Positions 1 through 10,085 of a stretch of 64,000 bases of DNA are shown here, piece after piece. The stretch comes from Terriglobia bacterium (GTDB lineage: Bacteria; Acidobacteriota; Terriglobia; Acidiferrales; UBA7541). A model generated the notes under the pieces. That model was not told the DNA's origin. It worked only from the letters and a program-made list of their open reading frames with translations, and searched no databases. The stretch covers positions 4,270 to 68,269 of the forward strand of contig JBGQGH010000002.1 of assembly GCA_041497315.1 (NCBI GenBank), given 5' to 3'. The translations under genes and the position numbers were made by a program. Every line of letters starts with the position of its first letter. Within the stretch, counting starts at the first letter, position 1.

Positions 1-464
1 GCATCGGCCGCGGCGATGAGATCTATCCCCTGCCGGACCTTCCCCGCCGCGCGATTCTGGTGGTTTCTCCGCGGGATATCGCCGTGCCAACCGCGGAAGC
101 CTACCGCTGGGTGAACCGCCAATTGAAATTGACAAAGCGCGCCAGAGCCTCTAAACTACGGAGTTTCTGCGCTCTGTGCTGGAGCCCGCAGGGGATGCCC
201 CTCGAGAATGACTTCGAGACGGTCGTCTTCCCGCGGCACCCCCGCCTGGCAGCTATCAAGCGGGCTTTGTTCCAGGGAGGAGCTGCGGAAGTCGCGCTGG
301 CGGGTAGCGGTTCGGCGGTGTTTGGAGTATTCCCCAGCCCAGCGCAGGCGCGCCGAGCCGCCCTGAGGTTCCCGAAGGACCAGGTTTTCGTGTGTTCCAC
401 CCTTTCACGGGCAGAATACCGCCGAGCCCGGCTCACGAAGCATCGGGAAAATTTCGGCGTCTAA
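1..464 (+). CDS. ispE: 4-diphosphocytidyl-2-C-methyl-D-erythritol kinase IspE, C-terminal part (5' end lies outside the window)
   Basis: Frame 3 is open from the window edge (IGRGDEIYPLPDLP...) and runs into listed ORF 60-464. It shows the GHMP-kinase C-terminal pattern AAEVALAGSGSAVFGVF. It lies directly upstream of prs, as in many bacteria. Confidence 0.75.
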   Translation, partial: IGRGDEIYPLPDLPRRAILVVSPRDIAVPTAEAYRWVNRQLKLTKRARASKLRSFCALCWSPQGMPLENDFETVVFPRHPRLAAIKRALFQGGAAEVALAGSGSAVFGVFPSPAQARRAALRFPKDQVFVCSTLSRAEYRRARLTKHRENFGV

Positions 465-474
465 GGGAAAGCCA

Positions 475-1419
475 TTGACGGACGATAAATTCAAGATTTT
501 CAGCGGGACCGCCAATCCGTCGCTGTGCGACGACATCTGCACCTATCTGGGCGCGCAGCGCGGCCGCGCGGTGCTGGGTAAGTTCAGCGACGGCGAGATT
601 TATTTCCAGATCCTGGAAAACGTGCGCGGCGCCGACGTGTTTGTCGTGCAACCCTGCAGCAATCCGGTGGACTTCCACCTGATGCAGTTGCTGATGATGA
701 TTGACGCCTTCAAACGCGCTTCGGCCTGGCGGATCACCGCGGTGATCCCGTACTACGGCTACGCGCGCCAGGACCGCAAGGACAAGCCGCGCGTGCCCAT
801 CTCCGCCAAGCTGGTGGCCGACCTGCTCGAGACCGCCGGCGCAAACCGCGCGCTGACGCTGGATCTGCACGCGCCGCAGATTCAGGGCTATTTCAACGTG
901 CCGGTGGACCACCTCTACGCTTCACCGGTGATGGTGGAGCATTTCAAGCACATGAGCCTGGGACCGCTGACCGTGGTTTCACCCGATGCGGGCGGCGTGG
1001 AACGCGCGCGCGCCTTTGCGAAAAAACTCGATGCGCCATTGGCCATCGTGGACAAGCGTCGCGTGGACGTGGACGTCAGCGAGGTGATGCACTTGATCGG
1101 CGATGTGAAGGGCCGCACGGCGCTGGTGATTGACGACATCATTGATACCGCCGGCACGCTGGTGAAAACGGCCGAGGCATTACTGAAGGAAGGCGCCACG
1201 CGCGTGCTGGCCGCGTGCACGCACGCCGTGCTCTCGGGGCCGGCAGTCGAAAGGATCTGCAGCTCTTCGATTGAGGAATTGATCGTCACCGATTCGGTAC
1301 CCCTGAGCGATGCGGCCAAGAAGGTGACAAAGATCAAGGTGCTGAGCGTGGCTGAACTGCTGGCGCGCGGCATTCGCTCGATTCACGAAGAGACTTCGAT
1401 CAGCGAACTCTTCAACTGA
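475..1419 (+). CDS. prs: ribose-phosphate pyrophosphokinase
   Basis: Motifs KIFSGTANPSLCDDIC, DGEIYFQILENVRGADVFVVQP, PYYGYARQDRK, VVSPDAGGVERARAF and LVIDDIIDTAGTL. TTG start preceded by AAGGGA. Confidence 0.95.
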   Translation: MTDDKFKIFSGTANPSLCDDICTYLGAQRGRAVLGKFSDGEIYFQILENVRGADVFVVQPCSNPVDFHLMQLLMMIDAFKRASAWRITAVIPYYGYARQDRKDKPRVPISAKLVADLLETAGANRALTLDLHAPQIQGYFNVPVDHLYASPVMVEHFKHMSLGPLTVVSPDAGGVERARAFAKKLDAPLAIVDKRRVDVDVSEVMHLIGDVKGRTALVIDDIIDTAGTLVKTAEALLKEGATRVLAACTHAVLSGPAVERICSSSIEELIVTDSVPLSDAAKKVTKIKVLSVAELLARGIRSIHEETSISELFN

Positions 1420-1465
1420 AGTTTTCGCCGCGCGGAAAGACCGCCGGTGAGCCAAGGAAGGACGT

Positions 1466-2179
1466 ATGGACCAGATTATCGTTGAAGCGACGCCCCGCGA
1501 AGACCGGGGAAAAAACGCAGCGCGGCGCATCCGCCTCACCGGCCAGGTTCCCGGAGTGCTCTACGGCGGCAAGGGAGAACCCGCGGCCGTGGCCGTCAAC
1601 GCCAAGCAGTTGGCGACCATTCTCCGCTCGGAAACGGGCCACAACACGATTTTCACCGTGAAACTGGGCAGCAGCGAGCACAAAGCCATGGTGAAAGACT
1701 GGCAAGTGGACCCGGTGAAGGGTTCGCTGCTGCACGTGGACCTGGTGCGCATCGCCATGGACGTGCGCATGCGCGTCAAAGTACCGGTACACACGTTTGG
1801 CGAGCCGCAGGGAGTGAAACTGCAAGGCGGCATCTTCGAGATGGTCACTCGCGAAGTCGAGATTGAATGTTTGCCGACGGACATCCCGGAAGAGTTCCGC
1901 ATGGACGTCACTGAGCTGATGATCGGAAAACAGCTTCGCGCCGGTGACCTGCCGTTCGATCCGCAGAAAATGAAACTCATCACCGATCCGCAGCGCGTAC
2001 TCGCACACGTCGTGGCCCTGCGCGCCGAAGAAGAAAAGCCTGCCGAAGCGGCCGTGGCGACCGAAGTGGCGCCGGCGGAGCCCGAAGTCATCAAAAAGGG
2101 CAAGAAGGAAGTGGAAGAGGGCGAGGAAGGCGAAGCAGCCCCGGCAGCCAAAGAAGAGAAAGAGTCGAAGAAGAAGTAG
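1466..2179 (+). CDS. rplY: 50S ribosomal protein L25 / general stress protein Ctc
   Basis: N-terminal REDRGKNAARRIRLTGQVPGVLYGG pattern and a long acidic/Lys-rich tail. Lies in the prs-ctc-pth synteny. Confidence 0.9.
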   Translation: MDQIIVEATPREDRGKNAARRIRLTGQVPGVLYGGKGEPAAVAVNAKQLATILRSETGHNTIFTVKLGSSEHKAMVKDWQVDPVKGSLLHVDLVRIAMDVRMRVKVPVHTFGEPQGVKLQGGIFEMVTREVEIECLPTDIPEEFRMDVTELMIGKQLRAGDLPFDPQKMKLITDPQRVLAHVVALRAEEEKPAEAAVATEVAPAEPEVIKKGKKEVEEGEEGEAAPAAKEEKESKKK

Positions 2180-2244
2180 TTACTGGCCGCGGCGAGGCTT
2201 CCGATGGATGCGGTGCAGAGTTCGTCCAATTCGGGGTCGCGCTG

Positions 2245-2838
2245 ATGCGGCTGATCGTGGGACTCGGCAATCCCGGTCCGGAATACGCCTGGACGCCGCA
2301 TAACATGGGTTTCCTGGCGGTGGACCGGCTGGCGGAAGATGCCGGCATCCGCGTTGTGAGGCCCGAAGCGAAATCATACACGGGCCTGGGACGCCTGGCC
2401 GGGCGGGACGTCGTTCTGGCCAAGCCGCAGACGATGATGAATTTGAGCGGCCTGGCGGTGCGCGAGCTGCTCGAACGGTTCGAGTGCGATCCTGCCGAGA
2501 TGATCGTGCTCTCCGACGAGGTGGCGCTGCCCTGGGGCATGATCCGCATCACGGAACGCGGCAGCGCCGGCGGGCACAACGGACTGAAGTCGTTGATCGG
2601 CGCGATTGGAACGGATGAGTTCATTCGCGTGCGGCTGGGCACCAAGCCGGATCACCCTATCGGCGACTTGGCGGAATACGACTTGCGGCCGATGCGCAAG
2701 AGCGATCTCGAAGCCGCCGCGGAGTCAATCGAGAAGGCTGCAGAAGCGGTAAAAGTGACCTTGACTGACGGCGTGGCGCGCGCGATGAATCAGTTCAACC
2801 AGCGCGTGCCGCCGCCGGAAGAAACTCCGAACGAGTGA
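2245..2838 (+). CDS. pth: peptidyl-tRNA hydrolase
   Basis: Motifs MRLIVGLGNPGPEYAWTPHNMGF and GGHNGLKS. Confidence 0.95.
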   Translation: MRLIVGLGNPGPEYAWTPHNMGFLAVDRLAEDAGIRVVRPEAKSYTGLGRLAGRDVVLAKPQTMMNLSGLAVRELLERFECDPAEMIVLSDEVALPWGMIRITERGSAGGHNGLKSLIGAIGTDEFIRVRLGTKPDHPIGDLAEYDLRPMRKSDLEAAAESIEKAAEAVKVTLTDGVARAMNQFNQRVPPPEETPNE

Positions 2839-2889
2839 TCGAGAAGCTCGAAGCAAGAGGCAGGATTCGCGACACGGAATCGAGGAAAC

Positions 2890-3303
2890 ATGGAAGAGCG
2901 GCTCTACGACCTGATCTTCATCTGCCGGCCGGATACACCGGAAGAGGAGATCAACAAGATTACCGCCACGCTGGAACATGAAGTCACCGAGCGAGGCGGC
3001 AAGATGGAAAAAACGGAGAAGTGGGGCACGCGCAAGCTGGCCTACCGCGTGGCCAAGCAGCGCGAAGGCTTCTACGTCTATCTCTCCCTGCGCAGCACGC
3101 AGGGCGAATTGATCAAAGAGCTCGAACGGCGCCTGAAAGTTTCCGATCCGGTGATCAAGTACCTCACCGTGCGTCTGGATGAAGAGATCAAGCGCCAGCA
3201 AAAATTGGTGAAGCGGCGCGAACGCAGGTCCGCGCGGCGTCCGCGGAAGTCCGCCCCGCCGGCCGCCGCCAGCGGTGGGCAGACCACCGCCGCTGCGAGC
3301 TGA
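2890..3303 (+). CDS. rpsF: 30S ribosomal protein S6
   Basis: Motifs YDLIFICRPD, WGTRKLAYRV and REGFYVYL, with a basic C-terminal tail. Confidence 0.95.
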   Translation: MEERLYDLIFICRPDTPEEEINKITATLEHEVTERGGKMEKTEKWGTRKLAYRVAKQREGFYVYLSLRSTQGELIKELERRLKVSDPVIKYLTVRLDEEIKRQQKLVKRRERRSARRPRKSAPPAAASGGQTTAAAS

Positions 3304-3326
3304 GATTGTAAAGGAAAGGGAAAACC

Positions 3327-3659
3327 ATGGCTGAAGAAGCAACGCAACATCCGCCGGCACCGCAGGCCCCTTCGGGGCCGCCGCGCCGCGACCGCCGCGA
3401 TGGACCGCCGGGCGGCGGACCTCCGCGCCGGGGGAAACGGCAGTTTTTCCGCAAGAAGAAAGTCTGCCGCTTTTGCACCGATAAAGTGGATTTTATCGAC
3501 TACAAGAAGGTCGAGATGCTGCAGCCGTTCGTCCAGGAGCGCGGCAAGATCCTGCCGCGGCGCATGACCGGCACCTGTTCGAAGCACCAGCGTTGGCTCG
3601 GCGTGGCCATCAAGCGCGCACGCAATATTGCGCTGCTCTCGTTCTCCGGCAACCGCTAG
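3327..3659 (+). CDS. rpsR: 30S ribosomal protein S18
   Basis: Motif [58 protein letters not shown]. There is no ssb between rpsF and rpsR here. Confidence 0.95.
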   Translation: MAEEATQHPPAPQAPSGPPRRDRRDGPPGGGPPRRGKRQFFRKKKVCRFCTDKVDFIDYKKVEMLQPFVQERGKILPRRMTGTCSKHQRWLGVAIKRARNIALLSFSGNR

Positions 3660-3739
3660 AGCCGTCACAATTTTACGTTTGCGGAGCGGGCCGGTCCGGC
3701 TGATGTCGGATTCGCCCGGCGCTTCGCGAAGGAAAACCA

Positions 3740-4186
3740 ATGCAGATCATCTTGCAAGAAGACGTCGAAAAACTGGGCAACCGCGGCGAAGTGGTGGACG
3801 TCGCCGAAGGCTACGCCCGCAATTACCTGTTGCCGCACAAGCTGGGCGTTCCCGCCAATACGGGGAACCTCAAGCGGCTGGAGCGAATCCGCGGCTCACT
3901 GGCCAAGCGCACGGCCACCGAGCATGAGAGCGCGCAGAAACTTGCTGAGATGCTTGCCGGTGTGACCGTCACTCTGAAGCGCAAGGCCGGCGAAAACGAC
4001 CAACTCTTCGGCTCCGTGAACGCCGCCGATATTTCCGAAGCTCTCGATAAACAGGGCTACACCGTGGACAAGCGCAAGATCACGCTCGACCCGCCCATCA
4101 AACTCGTCGGGGAATACCAGGTCCCGGCCAAGCTGCACCGCGAAGTCGCTGCTTCGATCAAGGTCATCGTCGAACGCGAAGGCTAA
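3740..4186 (+). CDS. rplI: 50S ribosomal protein L9
   Basis: N-terminus MQIILQEDVEKLGNRGEVVDVAEGYARNYLLP. Length is 148 aa. Confidence 0.95.
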   Translation: MQIILQEDVEKLGNRGEVVDVAEGYARNYLLPHKLGVPANTGNLKRLERIRGSLAKRTATEHESAQKLAEMLAGVTVTLKRKAGENDQLFGSVNAADISEALDKQGYTVDKRKITLDPPIKLVGEYQVPAKLHREVAASIKVIVEREG

Positions 4187-4214
4187 GCCGTCTTCAACAT
4201 CAGATTTCGTCCGC

Positions 4215-4252
4215 GGCGCTGGCCTTTCTCATCGAAGTGCCCAGCGCCGTTT
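4215..4252 (+). terminator. candidate stem-loop terminator after rplI
   Basis: GGCGCTGG (4215-4222) pairs with CCAGCGCC (4241-4248), followed by GTTTGACTTT. The loop is large (18 nt) and the T tract is weak. Confidence 0.3.
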
Positions 4253-4494
4253 GACTTTCTCGAAGCCTCTACATTCCCACAGGAAACTCACAGGATATCC
4301 GCCCCAAAGAGATTTGCACCGCCGGCTGTGAAATTCACAGGCGAATAGGGTTTACGCCAGCAGGCCAAAAGAGCAGACTGTCTTGCTCGCCCTGAAGCGA
4401 TCTAGCCGCGCGCAAACCTCGGTGACAGAGCGCCAAAGAAACCGGTTGAAAAACGCCTGAGCGTGAGCGAAGATAAGGCGAATTCGAAAACTCC

Positions 4495-5847
4495 ATGGCC
4501 ACTCAAGTCGCTCTCGAACGTCCCCTGCCGCAGAACCTCGAAGCCGAGCGCAGCGTCCTCGGCGCCATCCTGGTGGACAATCACGCGCTGAACGTGGCCA
4601 TCGAGAAACTGCGCGCCGAAGATTTTCTCCACTCGCATCACCAACGAATTTTCCAGACCATGATCGCGCTGGGCGAAACGCAGCAGCCCATCGACCTCAT
4701 CACGCTGACTGACCAGCTCCATCGGCAAGGCGAGCTCGAGGCCGCGGGCGGCGGTGCGTATCTCGCGCAACTCCTCGACGGTGTGCCCCACGTTTCGAAC
4801 GTGGAGCACTACGCGCGCATCGTCAAAGAAAAGGCGTTGCTGCGCAATTTGATCCACGCCACGCACGCCATCCAGCAGCAGGCGCTCGAGGGCGAAGACG
4901 ACGCTGACACGATCCTCGATCGCGCCGAGTCCAGCATCTTCCAGCTCGCCGAAGACCGCATTCGCGCCGGATTCATGGGCGTGCAGGAGTTGGTCAGCCA
5001 GAATTTCGAACGGCTCGAGAAAATGTTCACCGAGGGCAAGAGCATTTCGGGCTTGACCACTTACTACGGCCAACTCGACAACCTGACCTCGGGCCTGCAG
5101 CCTTCCGAACTGATCATTCTGGCCGCACGCCCCTCCATGGGCAAAACCGCGCTAGCGCTGAACATCGCCGAAAACGTGGCGCTGCGCAGCAACCTGCCGG
5201 TGGCGATCTTCAGTCTGGAAATGTCCAAGGAATCCCTGCTGCAGCGACTTCTTGCCGCGCACGCGCGCATTGACGCGCATAAATTCCGCACCGGCCATCT
5301 GGGCCGCGATGATTGGCGCAAGATGACGGAATCGCTGGCTCGCCTCGCGCAGGCGCCGCTTTGGATTGATGATTCCGGCGCTGCGACGATTGTCGAGCTC
5401 GGCGCCAAGGCGCGCCGCCTGAAACGCGACAAAGGCCTCTCGCTCGTGGTCATCGATTACCTCCAGTTGATTTCCGCGCGCGGCCGCTTCTCCAACCGCA
5501 ACGAAGAAGTCAGCAGCATCACCCGCGGCCTGAAGGGCCTCGCCAAGGAGTTGCGCGTTCCCGTTCTCGTACTCAGCCAATTGACGCGCGCGCCGGAGCG
5601 CGAAGAGCGCCGCCCGCAGCTCTCCGACTTGCGCGAATCCGGCGCCATCGAGCAGGACGCCGACGTGGTGATCTTCATCCACCGGCCCAACGCCTTCAAT
5701 CCCAACGAAACGCCGGAAGAGCGCGCCAAATCCGAAATCCTCATCGCCAAGCAGCGCAACGGCCCCACCGACCGCGTGAATTTCGTCTTTCTCAGCCAGT
5801 TCACGCGTTTCGAAGAAGCCGCGCCGGAGTCGTGGTCGCAAGAGTAG
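4495..5847 (+). CDS. dnaB: replicative DNA helicase DnaB
   Basis: N-terminal PQNLEAERSVLGAILVDN, Walker A ARPSMGKTALALN, VVIDYLQL and RPQLSDLRESGAIEQDADVV. Confidence 0.95.
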   Translation: MATQVALERPLPQNLEAERSVLGAILVDNHALNVAIEKLRAEDFLHSHHQRIFQTMIALGETQQPIDLITLTDQLHRQGELEAAGGGAYLAQLLDGVPHVSNVEHYARIVKEKALLRNLIHATHAIQQQALEGEDDADTILDRAESSIFQLAEDRIRAGFMGVQELVSQNFERLEKMFTEGKSISGLTTYYGQLDNLTSGLQPSELIILAARPSMGKTALALNIAENVALRSNLPVAIFSLEMSKESLLQRLLAAHARIDAHKFRTGHLGRDDWRKMTESLARLAQAPLWIDDSGAATIVELGAKARRLKRDKGLSLVVIDYLQLISARGRFSNRNEEVSSITRGLKGLAKELRVPVLVLSQLTRAPEREERRPQLSDLRESGAIEQDADVVIFIHRPNAFNPNETPEERAKSEILIAKQRNGPTDRVNFVFLSQFTRFEEAAPESWSQE

Positions 5848-6147
5848 GCTTCTCGACTCAATCCAGCCTCACGGTCTCCAGTGTCTCCGCCGCGCCACAC
5901 CTGTGGGCCGCCTTCCGCAAATTCGAGATCGAACTTGATGTGCAGGAGCATGCGAAACTCTGAAGACAAACAAGTTACCGCCCAGCCCGGACTGGGCACT
6001 GCGCTCCAAGCCGCGCCCCGCGAGTGGCCCTTCGCCTGCTTTCTTCCTCTTCGGAGTTCCAGGATCAGTGAGGTATTTACTAGACAGCGCGAAGCCGGTA
6101 TTTCCGTTCGCGCGGACGGTGAAACTACACTACTCTAAAAAATTCCG

Positions 6148-7371
6148 ATGCCTCGCACACCCAAAGCGGAAATCAAATTTGAGGGACGCCCCGTATGGGC
6201 GGAAATCAGCGTGAGCGCGCTGCAGAAGAACCTCAAAGCGATCGCGCGGCACGTGAATTCACCCTCGAAGTCACCCGGCAAGCGCAGCGGCGCAAGTCGC
6301 GTCAAGGTTCTCGCCGTCGTGAAAGGCAACGGCTATGGGCATGGCGCCACCAGCGTAGCTCGCGCGTTTGCCGCGGCCGGCGCAGACTGGTTTGGCGTGA
6401 CCGACTCGGCCGAGGGCGCGGAGCTGCGCGAGGCGGGCATCCGTCAGCCCATCCTGGTCCTCACCGGATTCTGGCCCGGCGAAGAAAAGCGCCTCATCGA
6501 GTGCAAGTTGACTCCCGCGGTGACCCGATGCGAGCAGCTTCGGCTGCTCGCGCGCGCCGCGGCGCGCGCGCATCGCGGGCTAGGCCGCGCTGGTCGGCTC
6601 GATTTCCATCTGAAGATCGATTCCGGAATGAACCGCCTTGGAATTTCGCCGGCAGACATCCCCTGCTTCGCCCGCACGCTGGCCGAATGCCCGCACCTGC
6701 GCCTGACCGGCACCTTCACGCACTTCGCGTCGTCGGAAAATTTTAATTCGCAGCAAAACGCGCAGCAGGAAGCAGGCTTCCGCGCGGCCCTCGATGCGCT
6801 ACGCAAGCTCGGTCTCGATCCCGGCATCGTGCACATGGCCAATAGCGCCGCGGTGGTTTCGCGCCCCGAGACCTGGGCGGATATGGTGCGGCCCGGTGCG
6901 ATCCTCTATGGCTATCACCAGGCTTACGATCCGCCGGAGCGCCGCGCCGAAGCCCTCGCCGCGATGCCGGTGACGCCGGCGCTCAGCCTTCGGACGCGCG
7001 TTGTCTCCCTGCGCGCGATCGGCCCGGGCCAGGGCGTCGGTTACAACGCGCGCTTCATGGCCGCGCGGCCGTCGCGCATCGCTGTCCTTGCGGCTGGCTA
7101 CGCGGATGGCGTGCGCCGCGAGCTGACCAACCGCGGCCGCGTCATGATCCGTGGCAAATTTGCGCCGCTGGTGGGCACGATTTCGATGGACCTGGCCATG
7201 GCAGACGTCACCGACATCGAAGGCGTTGAGGTCGGCGACGTCGCCACTCTCTACGGCGCGGATGGTTCCGCAACGCAATATGTCTCCGATGTGGCGCGCC
7301 TGCTCGGGACCGTCTCGTCCGATTTGCTCTGCTCGATCGGCAAACGCGTCCCTCGCTTCTACTTGAAGTGA
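6148..7371 (+). CDS. alr: alanine racemase
   Basis: PLP-lysine motif AVVKGNGYGHGA. C-terminal AAGYADGVRR and GTISMD patterns. Confidence 0.9.
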   Translation: MPRTPKAEIKFEGRPVWAEISVSALQKNLKAIARHVNSPSKSPGKRSGASRVKVLAVVKGNGYGHGATSVARAFAAAGADWFGVTDSAEGAELREAGIRQPILVLTGFWPGEEKRLIECKLTPAVTRCEQLRLLARAAARAHRGLGRAGRLDFHLKIDSGMNRLGISPADIPCFARTLAECPHLRLTGTFTHFASSENFNSQQNAQQEAGFRAALDALRKLGLDPGIVHMANSAAVVSRPETWADMVRPGAILYGYHQAYDPPERRAEALAAMPVTPALSLRTRVVSLRAIGPGQGVGYNARFMAARPSRIAVLAAGYADGVRRELTNRGRVMIRGKFAPLVGTISMDLAMADVTDIEGVEVGDVATLYGADGSATQYVSDVARLLGTVSSDLLCSIGKRVPRFYLK

Positions 7372-7502
7372 CCCGCTCTGGTTTCTCGTGCAACTCCGCT
7401 GGCAAAGCCCGGTAGAATTTGGTACCTTACGGCTTCGGCGCAGGTTCCGACTTCTTCAGGCTCCGAGGATTTTCCTCCGGAACCATTTCATAACTGTCAT
7501 AA

Positions 7503-8750
7503 ATGCTCTTGATTTGGGGGATCATGAACCGCACTCCTAGTCGTTCCGGTCAAACAGGCGGGACATCTCCGGGCCATTCCTTTTCGCGCCTGCACGAATC
7601 CAATGGCGCGAATGGCGACGGCATCGGTTCCTGGTGGGATCTCTTCCTGATCCGGGCCATCCTTGCAGCAGCCTGCGTCATCGCTGGCTACCATTTTCAT
7701 CCATTTAACTTGACGCCGCCCATGGCAGCGGTGGCAGGCCTAGGATTGGCACTCGCCGTATTCCTTTTCGAGCGGCGCTTGCGCCGGGCCAGCCTGCGGC
7801 GTTTGATTGGCGCGGCAATCGGCTCGATTTTGGGGATATTTGGCGCCTACCTGATGCACCTGGTCCTGGATCGCACCTCCATCCCCGATGGCTCGCGGTC
7901 GTTCCTGGGCGTGGCGGTTCTGCTGGTGATGACCTACATCGGCCTGGTCATCGGCGCGAACAAAGGCGACATGCTGAATCTTCAGGCGCTCGGCGGGCTT
8001 TTCGGCAGCGAGCACAGCACGCGGCGTTTCTACAAGATTTTCGATACCAGCGTGATTATCGACGGCCGCGTCGCAGACATCTGCGAAACGAATTTCCTGG
8101 ATGGCACCCTCTTGCTGCCCCAATTCGTGCTCCGCGAGCTCCAGTTGGTGGCCGATTCCTCGGACCCCCTCAAGAGGCAGCGCGGCCGGCGGGGCCTGGA
8201 AGTGCTGCAGCGCATCCAGAAGATGAGCCACCTGGACGTGCAGATTATCGAAGACGATTTCGCCAACGTCCAGGAAGTGGACCTCAAGCTGATCGAGCTG
8301 GCCAAGCGCTACGACGCGAAGATCGTCACCAACGACTACAACCTCAACAAGGTGGCCACCGTCCAGGGCATCGGCGTGCTCAACGTCAACCAGTTGGCCA
8401 ACGCGCTGAAGCCCGTGGTGTTTCCCGGTGAGTCCATGCGCGTTTTCATCCTGCGCGAGGGGAAGGAATACAACCAGGGCGTGGCCTATCTCGACGACGG
8501 CACGATGGTTGTCGTGGATGGCGCGCGCAGGATGATCAACAAGACCATCGATATCAGCGTCACCTCCGTCCATCAGACCACCGCCGGAAAAATGATTTTC
8601 GGCCGCTGGGATGATCGCGCCGAGCAGCAGAGCCGAGTACAGGCCCCCGCGACCGAAGGCGCGCGCGAAACGGTGACCCGCTCCGCCGAGGCCCAGCCCG
8701 GCGGCGAACACCCCCCGCGGCCTGTCTCCCCTGAATCCGGGCGCGAGTAG
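7503..8750 (+). CDS. membrane-anchored PIN + TRAM domain protein (YacL-like)
   Basis: N-terminal TM helices, a PIN-like FDTSVIIDGRVADI ... IVTNDYNLNKVA, and a TRAM-like C-terminus GVAYLDDGTMVVVDG. It lies upstream of ispD as yacL does in Bacillus. The true start may be an internal Met (for example 7524). Confidence 0.8.
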   Translation: MLLIWGIMNRTPSRSGQTGGTSPGHSFSRLHESNGANGDGIGSWWDLFLIRAILAAACVIAGYHFHPFNLTPPMAAVAGLGLALAVFLFERRLRRASLRRLIGAAIGSILGIFGAYLMHLVLDRTSIPDGSRSFLGVAVLLVMTYIGLVIGANKGDMLNLQALGGLFGSEHSTRRFYKIFDTSVIIDGRVADICETNFLDGTLLLPQFVLRELQLVADSSDPLKRQRGRRGLEVLQRIQKMSHLDVQIIEDDFANVQEVDLKLIELAKRYDAKIVTNDYNLNKVATVQGIGVLNVNQLANALKPVVFPGESMRVFILREGKEYNQGVAYLDDGTMVVVDGARRMINKTIDISVTSVHQTTAGKMIFGRWDDRAEQQSRVQAPATEGARETVTRSAEAQPGGEHPPRPVSPESGRE

Positions 8751-8885
8751 GCGGAGATTCCCTTCCCGATACAGGGCTGAGCCTGTTCGCTGTCCACCCT
8801 TTGTTTATCTACCCAGTGACTTGGAGTAAACTCCTCATCCCCCTGTGAGGGGCCCGCCTACCGTGGCGGACGTCGAGAGACTCCC

Positions 8886-9605
8886 ATGAGCCGCATCGCT
8901 GCAATCCTTCCCGCCGCCGGACTCGGCACCCGCATGGGCGGCGAGACGCCCAAGCAGTTCCTCGAACTGGGTGGCCTGCCGCTCGTGATTTTCACTTTGC
9001 GGCGCCTCGCGAAATGCGAGGAGATCACCGACTTCTTCATCGCTACCCGCGCCGACGAGGTGGCCGCTCTCAGCGAACGCGTCCGTCAGGAACCACTCGG
9101 AGGACGGCCGGTGCGCGTGGTGCGCGGCGGCGGCACGCGGCAGGAGTCTGTTGCGCTGGCACTCGCGGAAGTCCCCGCCGACACGGAAATCGTTCTGGTG
9201 CATGACGCGGTGCGGCCGTTCGTCACCCGCGAGCAGATCGCGCGTGTGATTGCCGAAGCGCGCGAGCGCCGCGCCGTCATCCTCGGCATCCCGGCGATGG
9301 ATACGGTGAAAGAAGTAAAGCGCGCCAGTCTGCCCGGCGACGTCGCGTTGATTACGGCCACCATCCCGCGCGAACGCGTCGTACTGGCGCAGACGCCGCA
9401 GGCATTTGCCTTTGCGCTGCTCAAAGAAGCCTTCGCGCGCGCCGCGGCAGATGGCGTCAACGCTTCGGATGAAGCCGGGCTGGTCGAGCGTCTGGGCGTG
9501 GACGTCCACGTCGTGCAAGGCTCCGATCGCAATCTGAAAATTACCAAGCCCGCCGATATGGAACTCGCCCAGTTCTACCTCGATCAGGAGCGCCGAGCGC
9601 GATGA
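8886..9605 (+). CDS. ispD: 2-C-methyl-D-erythritol 4-phosphate cytidylyltransferase
   Basis: Motifs AAILPAAGLGTRMG, KQFLELGG and VLVHDAVRPFV. There is a 4-nt overlap with ispF. Confidence 0.9.
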   Translation: MSRIAAILPAAGLGTRMGGETPKQFLELGGLPLVIFTLRRLAKCEEITDFFIATRADEVAALSERVRQEPLGGRPVRVVRGGGTRQESVALALAEVPADTEIVLVHDAVRPFVTREQIARVIAEARERRAVILGIPAMDTVKEVKRASLPGDVALITATIPRERVVLAQTPQAFAFALLKEAFARAAADGVNASDEAGLVERLGVDVHVVQGSDRNLKITKPADMELAQFYLDQERRAR

Positions 9606-10075
9606 CGCGCTGCGGCATCGGCTACGATCTTCACCGGCTCGCGCCGGGGCGTCCGCTCATCCTCGGCGGAATCGAAGTCCCGTTCGAAAAAGGCCCGGTG
9701 GGACATTCCGACGGCGACGCGCTGGCGCATGCCATCTGCGATGCTTTGCTGGGCGCCGCGGGACTCGGCGACATCGGCACGCATTTCCCGGACACCGATC
9801 CGAAATGGAAAGGCGCTTCCAGCCTGCTCTTTCTCGAAAGCGTCCGCGAACGTCTTGCCGGCATGAACCTGCGCATCATTCACATTGACGCCGTCGTGAT
9901 CACGGAAAAACCGAAGCTTGGCCCCCACTTCCCCGCCATGCGCAAAGCCCTGGCCAAAGCCCTCGCGATCGAACCCGAGCACATCAATCTGAAAGCGAAA
10001 ACGAACGAAGGCGTGGACGCCATCGGCCGCGGCGAAGCGATTGCCGCGCAGGCCATTGTTACGTTGGAAGGCTAA
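9602..10075 (+). CDS. ispF: 2-C-methyl-D-erythritol 2,4-cyclodiphosphate synthase
   Basis: Motifs GIGYDLHRL, GHSDGDALAHAICDALLGAAGLGDIGTHFPDTDPKWKG. Confidence 0.95.
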   Translation: MTRCGIGYDLHRLAPGRPLILGGIEVPFEKGPVGHSDGDALAHAICDALLGAAGLGDIGTHFPDTDPKWKGASSLLFLESVRERLAGMNLRIIHIDAVVITEKPKLGPHFPAMRKALAKALAIEPEHINLKAKTNEGVDAIGRGEAIAAQAIVTLEG

Positions 10076-10085
10076 TTCACCCGCC